Shown one piece after another: positions 25,694-38,355 of a DNA stretch of 64,000 nucleotides. The position numbers and the translations under genes were made by a program. The stretch comes from Octopus bimaculoides. Its lineage: Eukaryota. The notes beneath the pieces are model-generated. The model saw only the letters and a list, made by a program, of their open reading frames with translations. It did no database searches and was not told where the DNA came from. Position 1 is the stretch's first letter; each line of letters begins with the position of its first letter. The stretch lies in NCBI RefSeq assembly GCF_001194135.2, contig NC_068987.1, positions 47,775,877 to 47,839,876 on the forward strand, written 5' to 3'.

Positions 25694-26375
25694 CATATGT
25701 AATAATTGATTTTTTATTACCCACAAGGGGCATGCATATGTAATAATAATAACCTGTGCATACACACACACCTATATACATAGTAGATAGATAGATAAAT
25801 GTCTGGTCAATTTACTGCAAATAAATTCATTGCTAATGGAATATATATGCATGTATAAACATATGTGTGTGTGTGCTCATATTCCTTCACTTTTCTTTTT
25901 CATTTATTATTATTCTTCCTAGAAAGAGGGAGCTAATTTCTAATAAAGAAATAAAAGCTCCATTGCTTGGGTAACAACAGTTTGAATGACAACAATTATA
26001 ACAGGGGAACAATTTTGAATAAAATTTCTGTTGAGTTTACTTTTTTATTTGATTTAGACATGCTGATTTCATATCTATAGTCAGTTGTCTTCTATCACTA
26101 CAAGTTTTTTTGTTTTTTTTCTACAGCTTACTTTCTGAATAAGCACAAGTGTATTGTTTCTTTATAAATAATAGTGCTAGTCAGCTGCTTTTATTATTTT
26201 ATTGATAACAGTGGGGAACATTTTCAAAAAAATATTTAGTTGTCTTGTTTTTTACAATTAATCCTACTTAATTTGATGATTCAGAAATGCTCTCAGAAAC
26301 TTTTTATTATATCAAGTTTTTTGTAAAACAGGAATTCATTTTTTACCAAAAATTCAATCTTGCCAATAAGTACAA

Positions 26376-27461
26376 TCTATACATATAAAACTCAGATTGC
26401 ATGTGTGTGTGCATGTGTGTAAACACACATAACCTCTCAAGTTCACAACTGATTTTCTCTAAATTGGGAACATACATTACTTATGTTCCAGAGATGGTTT
26501 TAAAATTTTTCACCCAATGAGTAACAGGGACTATGGGAGGAGACAACACCCTTTCCTGGGTTACATACAATTACTGTAGGCAAGGGAGATAAATCTTTGT
26601 AGAGTAACTTTTAGAAATTTGTTGTCTCCTTTACATCATGCGCAATTAATTCGCTTACGCATGTTACTGTGTAAAACTTTTTCAGTTACTAAGTAAAGAT
26701 TTTTCTGTTGAACGTTTTCTCTTTTTAAAATACTGATATTAATTTATGTTTTTTATTGACATTTAATTATTAACTTAACAATATTATCTCAGTTCATTGA
26801 ATGTATTTCTGAAAATTTGCTAAGAAATTGATATTATTTACTTTTTTTAGACATTTCATTATTAACATACAATTGTCATCTTAGTTTATTACATCATATT
26901 TTTTGACATAATGTCTCCAAAGAAGAGATCCTCCATTGATCAAAAAATGGTAGTAGCAGAGAAATTGAAAAGGAGAGAAAATGAATCATCACATGAGACT
27001 TTAATTAGACAATCACAAAATGCTGCATGTACAGCTACTGCAAGAGCAAGGGAAAGCAATGAGCAGTGTAGTATTCACCTGGCCAGGAATGCTGCATTAA
27101 CAGCTTCAGCCAATCCCACCTCTGGCTTGATTTATCACATAGATGTAGTTCCTATGTCTGCTGTTTGTTCAGCATGGTAGCAGCAGCACTGACTGCTGCA
27201 AAGGAAAGTATATCCACTGAGAGCTTTTTGATGCGTTCAAAAATCACATACCTGACACCTACTTTTCCATGACATAGTTAGGGCCTGGAATCTTCCAAAC
27301 AGATGCATGTTGTGTCCCTTAGTCAAATTAGCCCTTCACTTACTTCACAAATGTTTTGTCATCAATACTTCACTTCCCGGTATCAAATGTTTCAACTTAA
27401 CTGTACCATATATACAATCTGTGACATTTAAATCCTGAGCAATGACGGGTGTGTCTGCTAG
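26376..27461 (+). mobile_element. Internally deleted Helitron (about 1.09 kb)
   Basis: A|TCTATACATATAAAA 5' end, 3' gcaatgacgggtgtgtctgCTAG|T. ORF 26911-27180 (MSPKKRSSI...PMSAVCSAW) resembles a Helitron Rep N-terminus. Confidence 0.7.
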
Positions 27462-27720
27462 TATTGAAATAAGAAATTAACACAAGCCAAATAGTACTTT
27501 TTATTGCCGGGTATGTCTAATAGTATTGAAATAAAAAATTAACACAAGCCAAATAGTACTTTTTATTGTTTAACAAATATATTACATAAAATGATTAATT
27601 ACTTGCACATCTTATGATAGTTATTTTTTTCAAACTGGAGCTTCAGCTACTCAAGGATTGAACTTTCTCTTTGCTACTTTGCATGAATATCTTGCTTCAT
27701 GACAGTTTCTTTGCTTAGAC

Positions 27721-28215
27721 CAGGAGTTGCCAAACTTTTTTGACTACCAACCCCTTTTAGTCACTTCTACTTCCACATCAACCACCCTCCTCATTTAAAA
27801 TAACTTAATACCCTATCCTAACATACCATATCTTAAATGTGTACTGGGTACTGATGCTGGCAATTAAAATGTTAGCTAAAATATACATGTACGACAAATT
27901 AAGAAATTCTATTGAAGATGACACACTTTTTACATTTAAAACTACGTGTATGAGTATACTTTCAATTTTTATGAAATTGTTTTCACGGTTAAAAAAATGT
28001 GAAAAATGCATCATATTGCTGGAATATCTTTTATTGAAATTGACAACATCCATGTGAGGGATGAGCATGGCGCTGACTAAGTATTTCAAGCAGTTCATCT
28101 GGGTGAGTTGGTCTTTCACATGCCAACCCCCATTCAACCCTTTGACTATTGTCAACCTCCTGTAATTCATCGCTGACCCCTAGGGGCTCCCTCAGACCCC
28201 CTTTGGTGACCCCTG
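27721..28215. mobile_element. hAT (Charlie-like) MITE
   Basis: TIR-like ends caggagttgccaaa / tttggtgacccctg, with a perfect 8-bp TSD GCTTAGAC at 27713-27720 and 28216-28223. Confidence 0.85.
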
Positions 28216-28239
28216 GCTTAGACTATTCATTGTCATCAT

Positions 28240-28640
28240 CATCAGCCATCATGTTTGTGTTTTACCTGCCTTGGTATCTAGTCTTCATGGTCTCAATGTC
28301 TTAGTGAAAACTTTCTCCTTGCTCATCACTTATTGCACTACAATTTTCAAGGAAGTAGTCCAGATGACTGTGCAGGAAAATCACTTTTACACTCATGTTG
28401 CAACCCAGTGCTCAAAAACTGGTTAACAGAGTTTTCACAATTTCTTTATAATTTGATAATTTCCTGTTTCCCTGGAAATCAGACACAACTGCAGCAAAAG
28501 CATTCTATACTTCCTTTTTGATGTCAAACATGGTCTCCAAAAACTGCTCATCCTGCAGTAGCCACCTTATCTGTAGCCTGTCAAACACACTAAATCAAGC
28601 ACAGTGTAGGCATATCTGCAGACAAATTCCACAAAAATGA
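28240..28640 (-). mobile_element. DNA transposase remnant, probably Chapaev3-like
   Basis: Minus strand reads ALGCNMSVKV-FLHSHLDYFLENCSAISDEQGESFH*DIETMKTRYQGR*NTNMMAD, a recognisable transposase motif. The family name is from memory. Confidence 0.55.
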
Positions 28641-30553
28641 GACATGTATGATGTTAAGGACCACAAAAATGTCTTGTTTATTAGCAACTAATTGTATAAT
28701 GGACATTTTTCATCATCATGACATCTAATACTGATTAGGTTGAAAACAGTGAAAGTTGCTCAAGTTTGATGCTTTTTATTTACTGAAGATACTTTTGTAG
28801 TTGCATTTACTTTAAATGATATTGAAAAACTATGTTTTCAAAGTTATATCAAGATCCATAAATGAGTCTGCATTTGATGAAGCCAAATCTATCCTTAGAA
28901 ATGATGACAATACTGGAAATGTTGAAAAAGTAACATAATAGAGCAAAATGAACTTCATTTTTGAAACCAGCACCCCAAATTACTAGTAACACATCTCCAA
29001 CACCAGACAACAAAACCCATGTTCTCCAGTATAATTGTTACATATCAGATTTTAAGAAAGTCATACATATATTTTACTGTTCCACTTCCAGATTGTATCT
29101 GTAAAGGTTGTGCTAACCAGTTTCTTTTTTTTGTTTCAAAATCCTAGCTTTTTCACTAAGTAAACCAATGTATATTTGTATTAATGTAAATTTGTAATCA
29201 AAGTAGAGGAGCTGCAGGTTTTAAAGTGGCTATTCACTGATATTCCCTTTCTTGTTGATTTTAGAAAAAATGTTTACATCTGCCAGGCAGTTTATCTCTA
29301 TGATTGTAGATTACTTTTCTGTCCCAAATAATCATGTCGGGTCTCTTATCTTTGCACTTGCTGGAAGTTTTGATGGGAATGCTCTACCAATATTCCTTGT
29401 ATTGATATGTATGTATTCAATAGCATAGGTGATGTTTCTATTTATCCTAGGATAATCTTCACTGCTGGTGGCATTGTATATTGTTTTAACAACAACATCA
29501 TATCACAGTGGGAGATATTACTTTTATGACATTTTTGGGCAGCTGTTAATTACATGTTTTGTGTCCACCACAGAAGAGTAAATTACTCAACCATTGCATC
29601 TTGGAATTTTTAAGGGCTTCACAGTTTCATTTATTCATGTGATATTTTGTAGCTGTCTCCTGCTCTTGGATTGCAAAAGCATAACCTTTGAGATGTAATG
29701 TGATGTAGCAACTCTTGAGTTCAAGTGAGGTTATACTTCATGCTAAGTTTAGGTTTACAGGAAACATGTCTATGCATAAACTTTTAATGGTATGCAGAGT
29801 GTTTCTCTTCCATGTATTTGCTGAGATATGCAAACCCTGCTCAAGATCACTCCAAATTGTTGGAAAATGGTAAAAGAGGAGACAGAGAGCAGCTGTAAGG
29901 CAAGTAAACAACGGCAGCAATTAGAGCCAAAACTACATGCATAGTACAGTAGATAAAACACAAGACAAATAAGTAAACAGTAAAAGAGCCATTAGGAGAA
30001 AAGGGAACACAGACAGGCACATCAGGAGTAATATTGACTAGTTTCAGAAAGCATGGAATTTATAAAGGATGCAGTGTCCTGACAGCTCAAAACTGACACA
30101 TGTAATTTATTCCATGCTTCAATGATTCTGACATTAGAAACATGTTTCTGAAAGTCATGGGTTTGCTCTGTGCTTTGATTTTATAAACATGTATATACGA
30201 CGTAGAGATATTAAATTTTGAAAAATGGCCTAAGTTGTTGTTGGAAACATGGTGGATAATCTTGTAATCTTTTACAAAGTCAACAGCTTGACATTGATGC
30301 CTTACAAGTGTGTTGATGCCCAGAGAAGCATTATGTTGAAGATATGGTTAATGACTGACAAAGCATATTCATCTGAACAGCTTCCAGTAAACTGATATTC
30401 TGGAAAACATGAGGGTTCCAAACTGGAAATGCAAACTGTTATTTTCTCATTTACTCAATACACTTCAGCCTCTCTCACAAAATAGTACTGAATGTGTGCA
30501 CACGTGCATGCACACGCACACATCTGTGTACATTTCTCTTTTTTTTTTTTCAG

Positions 30554-30649
30554 GACATCACCATACATGCATTAGATCTATCTAAACCAGCTGATGTTTA
30601 TAAATGGGCCAAGAACTTTGCTGAATCTGATCACAAGCTGGATGTTCTG
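30554..30649 (+). CDS. DHRS12: DHRS12-like coding exon
   Basis: poly-T cag|GAC...GTTCTG|gtgagt. Reads DITIHALDLSKPADVYKWAKNFAESDHKLDVL, 96 nt, phase 0-0. Confidence 0.92.
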
Positions 30650-31021
30650 GTGAGTAACCTCTCTTAAGATATTTAAATAATCATGTTTTTCACACCAGAA
30701 GCAATGGGCAATCCTTGGAATCTGGTGGTGATTCTACCATATGACCTGAAACACATGATAATAACAATGGTGCTGATGACAAACAACCATAACAAACATG
30801 ACATACTCCTGCAAACTCCCTATTCTCAGTTGAAACTTCCTGGAAGTCCTTTCTTTATGACATGTATAACTTTTACATGCCATGGTAGAATATATGCAAA
30901 GTACAAAAGTAGCAATCACAAACGCTGTACTGTATCAATTAGCTTGCAGCTTGCACTGTCAAGAAGAATTAATTTATATTTATTGTTATTATTTTATTAT
31001 TATTATTATTATTATTAATTA

Positions 31022-31236
31022 TTATGGCAGCAAGCTAGTGGAATCATTAGCATACTGAACAAAATGCTTAGTGGCATTTTTTCCATTTTTATGTCTGAGT
31101 TCAAATTCCACTGAGATCGATTTTGCCTTTCATCCTTTCAGGTTTGATAAATGAAGTACTGGTGAAACAATGGGGCTAATGTCATTGACTAGTTCCCTCC
31201 CCACAAATTTCAGACCTTGTGCCTTTAGTAGAAAGG

Positions 31237-31274
<38 letters not shown>

Positions 31275-31488
31275 GGCAGCAAGCTGGCAGAATCCTTAGC
31301 ACATTGGACGAAATGCTTAGTGGTATTTCACTTATCACTACATGCTGAGTTCAAATTCTGCCGAGGTCACCTATGCCATTCGTCCTTTCAGGGTCAATAA
31401 ATTAAGTACCAGTTGCATACTGGGGTCGATCTAATTGACTGGTCCCCTCCCTCAAAAAATTTCAGGCCTTGTGCCTATAGTAGAAAGG

Positions 31489-31529
<41 letters not shown>

Positions 31530-31980
31530 CATCATCATCATAATCATTATTATTATAGCAAACTGGCAGAATCATTACGATGCTGGGAAAAATGCTTAGC
31601 AGCATTTCTTCTGATTTTACATTTTGAGCTCAAATGCTACCAAGGTCATCTTTGCATTTCATCATTTTGGGGTTGATAAAATAAATACCTGTTGAATTGT
31701 TGTTGTTGTTGCTGCTGAATCCTTAGTGGTATGTCTTCTGGCTCCTTACATTCTGAGTTCAAATTCTGCTGAAGTCAACTTTCATCCTTTCAGTGTCAAT
31801 AAAATCAGTACCAGCTGAGCACAGAAGTTGATGTAATTGACTTTCTCCCTCCCCAAAATTGTTAACCTTGTGTCAAAATCATTAGGTTCTCGCAGTTTTT
31901 CTTCTGCTTCTTTATGTTCTAAGTTCAAATTTTACAGCAGTCAATTTTGCCTTTCATCCTTCCCTAATAGTCAAGTATTA
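31022..31980 (+). repeat. Tandem cluster of about 5 Nin/Deu-domain SINE copies separated by (ATT)n
   Basis: Repeated ggcagcaagctggcagaatc...gagttcaaattc...ctttcatcctttcagg...gataaa...gtaccag units, all on the + strand, in the intron between exons 30554-30649 and 32626-32707. Confidence 0.8.
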
Positions 31981-32625
31981 TAGCAGTGGATTCTTCAAAT
32001 ATTGTAGACAGCGTTCTTCAACTGCAAGTGAACCACTTGGGCATTGGAGTTTCAGGGATCTTTGCTTATGTGGCGAATGTGTGGGGCATACCTGGGAGAA
32101 TGTGCTCAGTTACCCATTTAGTTGTTTCAGACAGATCAGAAGGGATGCACCTTTCATGTTAACAGTAATCAATGTAGAATCAGCTAAGTTCCAACAACCA
32201 GGGGTTTGAAATGCTTTAGGGTTCAAAATATGGATGTATGGTGGGTTGCCTTGATCAGGATATAATTATGGGAGACAGGGCCATCTTAACAGCATTATAG
32301 GCCCCAGGGCAAATAAGTGCACTGGGCCCTATAGTATTTATTTGACACATGTGAGACACCTATGCCAGTGATATGTGAAAGGAACTCTGTGCCAGTGACA
32401 CATAAGAGGCACCTGTGCTGGTGACACCTTAATGGCATCTGTGATATGTATTAATGTCAACATTTGTCACTCAGAATGCTGAAAATATCCTATTTTTTTC
32501 TAACTTATGGATTCTTAGACAAATATATATATGTATACACTCACACATATATATGTACACATACACACATATAACTACTTCACACATGCATACATATATG
32601 TATAAATCTATTTTATCTATTTCAG

Positions 32626-32707
32626 ATCAATAATGCTGGTGCTATGTTAAATGTGAAAACTGTAACACTGGATGGATTGGATGCTGGCTTTGCTGCTAAT
32701 ACCCTTG
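32626..32707 (+). CDS. DHRS12: DHRS12-like coding exon (NNAG motif)
   Basis: tttcag|ATC...CTTG|gtagaa. Reads INNAGAMLNVKTVTLDGLDAGFAANTL, with the SDR NNAG motif. Confidence 0.93.
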
Positions 32708-33181
32708 GTAGAAAATAATTTACATTGTCTTCCCCTACATACACACACACACACCACACACACACACACACACCACACACACACACACACACACATGTAT
32801 GTATAGTTTTTTTTTTTTGAAGTTGTATATGTGTGCATACACACACGCACAAACATGTATGTATAGTTTTTTACTGAAGTTGCATAGATACACACATATA
32901 TGTATGATTTTACCTTTTATGATGGAAGGAAGCTCACCAGACCTTTCATAAGGAGTTTAACAAGATCTTGAGTCTTCTTTTCTGCATTACATGTGTGATA
33001 TCAAAGACTCATTTGAACATATATATATATATATATCCAAAAGATGTGTATCTGTATCTACATGTGTAAGAATGTGGATGCAAATGTATTTACACATGTG
33101 TAATGCACTTGGGCATTATATACAATAAGTTCGTTATATTATATTGTATGTATGTATATATCTGACTATTTTATGTTTCAG

Positions 33182-33243
33182 CTCCACATATATTGACAAC
33201 ACAACTAATTTCTAAATTATCCCAGAGTGATGACGCCCGAGTA
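33182..33243 (+). CDS. DHRS12: DHRS12-like coding exon
   Basis: tgtttcag|CT...CGAGTA|gtaagt. Reads (A)PHILTTQLISKLSQSDDARV, 62 nt, phase 1 to phase 0. Confidence 0.9.
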
Positions 33244-34608
33244 GTAAGTACCATTGAAGTTTTTACTAAATGTACAGTACATGTATGAGTGTGTTGGTGT
33301 ACACAATGGGGAATTTGAAAAAATGAAGCATATATGCTCCATTAACTGTGTAATGTGAATATGCATGAACAAAGGTGTGCAAAAGAGTTGTGTGGAAAAC
33401 TGAATACAAGAGGAATTTAAATGTAGTGCACTAGAGCCAAGACTGTGTTGATGTGGACATGTGATGCATATAAAGAATGACAGCTACATAAGAACATGCG
33501 AAGTAATCAAAGTGGATTGAACCTATGGAAAGGGGAGAATGAAGTAGACTTGAGATGAAGTGGTTATGACTCTTCTCAAAATGTTGCATCTCACAAATCA
33601 TCATCATTTAATATTCACTTTTCCATGGCTGCATGGGTCAGATAGAGTTTATTGGGACAGATTTTCTATTGCCAGATGCCTTTCATTTTTCCAAACCTCA
33701 CCCTCACCTTTTTCCAAATAAGGTAGTATTTCCCCTTGGTTAGATATAATTTTGCAGAATGCTGGAAACAAAGGATTATTTGTATGACAAAGGCACTCAT
33801 TTACCATTATCGTGCAGTATCACTACAAAAAGACTCAAACACACACGCATGCATGCATGTGCGCACACACACATGCACATATAATGGGCTTCTTTCAGTT
33901 CTGTCATCCAGGGGCTATAGAAGACACTTGCCCAAGGTACAGCCACACTGTAGGATGAACCTGAAACCATGTGACTGGGAAGCAAACTTCCTAACCACAC
34001 AGCCACATCTGTGCTAAGATGACAAAAGACTCTGTTGATTGGTAGTTACACTGCTGGAAAAGACCCAGCTATCTATACAAACTTGGTAAAATGAGGAGTG
34101 CAATGATGAAGGTTCAGATATATAATGCATATCTACATCTGAAAATCTCTCCCATTTGTACCTGTTGAGTCACCATCTACTATCTCTCTTGCCTATTTGT
34201 TACCCTCTCATCTTTCTGTCTGCTTTGTTCCTAGTCACTGTATCAGATCTGTGAAATGAAACAAACACTTGATCTATCCATACTTAATCCCTTTCTATTA
34301 CCTTCATATCTCACTACTTCTCTCTCATTCAAATCACAATGCTTGAATAATGCAGGAATTTCATTGGATCTTTTACCACCCAATACTTTTATCCCTATGT
34401 TTTGCCTATGTTTCTCTCCTCCTCCTCCTCCTCCTCTTAGGTCACTCTTTATTGACATTCATCATACTCTCTTATTTCCATTTCTATGATTGTCTACCTC
34501 TCTCCCCCTCTTTCTCTCTCTCACTCACACACACACACACAGCCATTAGGGTTTGACTAAAGATGTGTGTAAAGCTAAGCACTTTATGGACACAAAATCC
34601 TGGGTATA

Positions 34609-34651
<43 letters not shown>

Positions 34652-34654
<3 letters not shown>

Positions 34655-35369
34655 GGTGCGATGAGTAATTTTCCATAAATTTGGAAACAACATGCTGTAC
34701 TGCTTGGCATTTGCACCAGAAGCTCCAATACGAACATTTCAGAGTGTTTGGGTGTCAATCTGAGGACATGTACCAGGTGTGACAAAAATCAAACATCCAG
34801 TCAACATCATGGTGTTTGGAGTGATCACTAGTGATGGCAACATTATGCCTCCCTTCATCTTCCCATACAGTCTCAGGCCCAACATGGAGGCGTACATCAA
34901 GTGCCTGGAGGAGGTAATGTTGCCCTGGGTCAAAAGAGTGGTTGCTGCAAGACCTTATATCTGGCAACAGGACTCTGCACCGTGCCACACAAGCAGGAGA
35001 ACCCAGTCATGGCTGTCAGAAAATTTCTGTGACCACATCACCTGAAACCTTTGGTCACCTAATTCCCCAGACTGCAACCCTCTTGATTATTATGTGTGGG
35101 GCACATTTGAGCAAGAGACCAACAAAATTCCTTATAACACCAAAGATGAACTGAAGGCAAGAATTATGGTTGCATTTATCAACTTAAACAAGGAGACCAT
35201 CCAGAAGAGTTGCAGGAGATTCCAAAGTTGAAGCTAACAGTGATTTTATTGAATAAATTTACTCTTTAATATTTCAAGATATTTTTATGTAATTTTGGTA
35301 AATATATCTGCTAAAATGAGATGTCAGTGTTCTTTTCATTGTTGCATAATTTAGACAACAGTTTATTCA
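34652..35369 (+). mobile_element. maT (DD37D) Tc1/mariner transposon, internally deleted
   Basis: TA|CAGGGTGCGATG left TIR. WQQDSAPCH...WSPNSPDCNPLDYYVWG gives 37 residues between the 2nd and 3rd Asp, with one in-frame stop. Right TIR truncated. Confidence 0.85.
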
Positions 35370-35644
35370 TAGAGAGAAGTAGTGAGATATGAAAGTAATA
35401 GAAAGGGATTAAGTATGGATATGTGTGTGTGCGTGTGTATATACACATGGTAAAGATCAACAGTGACATTATGGTTTCAGTTTACCAACCCTCATTATCA
35501 GATTGTTAAAAAGTACTGAGTGTTCCTGCAGTTTAATAGGAAAAGAAAATGGTGTTAAAAAAATTTACAATCAGAATATATATTTATTGTAAATACTGAC
35601 TACATGTGAAATATCTTTATGTGTTTGACCACTTTCTCTTGCAG

Positions 35645-35840
35645 ATTATGGTCAGTTCTGGTGGTATGTTGGTCCAAAAGTTAAATGTCACTGACCTCCA
35701 AAATGACAACAGTCCATATGATGGTACCATGGCTTATGCACACAATAAGAGGCAGCAGGTGATAATGTCTGAACAATATGCAAGGAAATACCCTAACATC
35801 TACTTCTGCTCCATGCACCCTGGGTGGGCTGATACACCTG
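35645..35840 (+). CDS. DHRS12: DHRS12-like coding exon (catalytic S and YxxxK)
   Basis: cttgcag|ATT...CACCTG|gtaagg. Reads IMVSSGGMLVQKLNVTDLQNDNSPYDGTMAYAHNKRQQVIMSEQYARKYPNIYFCSMHPGWADTP. YAHNK is the catalytic motif; MHPGWADTPG is typical of DHRS12. Confidence 0.95.
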
Positions 35841-35959
35841 GTAAGGGTTATTTCTATTTTTTATTCTTTTTTTATTATTATGTTTTTGTTTGGTTTTTCT
35901 CTGTTTGGTTAAGAGGTTTGTTTCTTTACAACCACATGATTTCAGGCATCCAGATCATG

Positions 35960-37820
35960 TGAATTAGAATTTTTTAGGGTCATTCTTCTCTCAGCCAAGC
36001 AAAGCTTGCATCACCAAGGTTTTTCCAATGTTTTCATTTTATTTGATTTTGTATGACATTTCTTGTTTTAATTGCCATATATAACTAGCTAATGTTGTAA
36101 TGTTACACCTTGTTTGGTTTTCAAATGAGCACCTGTGACTATCTTGACCTTAAAGGGGCCGTCTATTGCCCCAACATATATCTGTGAATCTGTCCTCATT
36201 GTTGTTGTTTTCACTGCATCCTACCTTTTCACAGGATTTTGGGGTAATCACTAATATCTTTTTGACATTAAACAACAACCGAACACAATATCTAAGTTAT
36301 GCCTCTTGAATAATCCCTTATACCTATGAGACTGTGTAAAATGCTTATCCACTAATCTAAGGAAGGCCTTCCCATGCAGGTTTTCACATTGGGTGAAAAG
36401 GGTGGGGCAAACAAGAGAACTTTACAGTGGTGCTTTTTCTTGTGAGTATAGTTGATGTAATTCTGAAACCTGCTGGTTGTTAGAGTTTCACTGTAATAGG
36501 AGAATGCATCAAAACATCTTTATTCAAAGATAGGTTTGAACTCTTCTTACTGACACCCTTTACAAAGTTTTTAAAGACTATGGACAAGTAGCAGAAGGTT
36601 GTGCTGATATACGATCACCAATAAGTTTGCATTAGAGCCTGTATGAACCAATGCCCAGATTAAGCTTAATGTTTAAGAAATTTACTACTGTAAGTTGGAT
36701 CTCTATGGTTACCTTAAGTCCTAAGGAGTTAAGAATGTGAATCAGATATTTCCTAAAATGGCTAAAATGTTGTCTCTATATAAACCAAATTGGGTTGATG
36801 GGAATTCCTTACTTAAGATGTCTAGTATAGATAATCCTATAAGGTTGCAGATAAGCATGCTATTGTTTGTTCCCATTTAACAATGAAGGAACCTTTGGGA
36901 TCTATTCATTTAACCCAGGCTGTGCCTTTGTTAAACAGAAGGGCTTTTCTAGAGTGTATTATTACTTTTATATTCCTACAGTTAACATTGGTAAACTCCT
37001 TGATAAAAATAGGTGACCTTTCTACAACCTATTCAATATAGATAGGTGAAAGTCCTCTATATCAAATTGCTTGAACCTTGCTCTGCCTCTTTCCTGACTG
37101 GTCTTAACCATGAAATTACTTCATTGTTGTTACACCATAAGAGATGGGATGCTTTCCTTATGTCAGCTTTTATCTTCTGCAGTATGCTTCCCACACCAGC
37201 CCAATTTCTGATTAAGCTGGTAGCAGTTGGGGTTGGAGACAGAGTTCAGTTTGTGATCCTTGATGATAATAAAGATATTGTTCTGAGCTAAAATTTTTAC
37301 TCTGTCCAGTATATCTAACTTGTTAGCTGTTTGACCTTGTTTATGCTATGATATGTATAAGGGGAAGCCTGTTTATAATTCTGTGTAATGTTATTCTCAA
37401 AGAGCTTATCATATGCACTGGTATCTTCTCTATATAGGTTTTTGGTTTTATCTGAGAAAAGTAAAGTATTTAAGGATTTGTGTACTTGAACTAAGCTTGC
37501 ACTGAAAGGGGGGTTAGAGGACTTACAGAATTTCAATTTGAAGATAATGTCCAGTAGGTCTGCTTCAAAGGCCTCCAGTTCTTTGTCTGGGTGGGAACCT
37601 TCTAGATTTGATGTCATAAAAATTGGACTCTGAGAGCAACATTTCTTGCTCATAGAAGTAGGCCTTCCATCTCATGCACATTATTAGGGTGATGATCTTC
37701 CTTTGGAGGATCCTTATGTAGAGTTTGTGTGCTTATACTTAGTCACGAAAGGACTTGTTTTATATTTTGTTTGTGGATATGGAGGTATACGATCTTGGTT
37801 ACTCTACCAAAAACAAACAT
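35960..37820 (-). mobile_element. Penelope-like retroelement, degenerate, near full ORF length
   Basis: Minus-strand motifs in order: MRWKAYFYEQ, SDKTKNLY, IKDHK, HSRKALLF, PFSPNVKT..GKAFLRLVDKHF, then a GIY-YIG-like region (YVGAIDGPFK...TLASYIWQLK...CKLCLAE). Confidence 0.85.
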
Positions 37821-38217
37821 ATTCATGCTGTGCTGCTGCTGCTGCTAGTAGTTGTTGTCATAGTCATGGTGACAGCTGCTGTGGTGGTGGTAATAGTGGC
37901 AGTGATGGTGATGGTGGTAGAGAGAGAGGGGCAGACAGACAGAGAAATAGTAAGGGTTACTGTTACAATAACAACCACACATGCACACACACTCATACAC
38001 AGTCACATAAATGCACTTACCTTTATAAACCCACAAACAGAGTAACATACAAATGCACATGTCCACAACAACAGAAGTACTGATAGAGCCCCAGACTAAA
38101 TGCTCTAAAATATTTACTTTTCTCCATTCATATTCTGAGTTCAAATCCCACTTGTACTAGTAAGGGAAATCAATATAATAAAATAAAAGTAAAATATTAT
38201 TTGTTTCATGTTAACAG

Positions 38218-38355
38218 GAGTTGAAACTGCCATGCCAGGCTTCTATTCCAAAATGAAAGATCGCCTCCGTACACCTCAACAAGGGGCTGACACTGCGTTG
38301 TGGCTTGCAATTGCTTCAGCTCCAAAGAGTTTTGTTAGTGGACAATTTTTTCAAG
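38218..38355 (+). CDS. DHRS12: DHRS12-like coding exon
   Basis: ttaacag|GA...TTTCAAG|gtatgt. Reads (G)VETAMPGFYSKMKDRLRTPQQGADTALWLAIASAPKSFVSGQFFQ. Confidence 0.94.
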
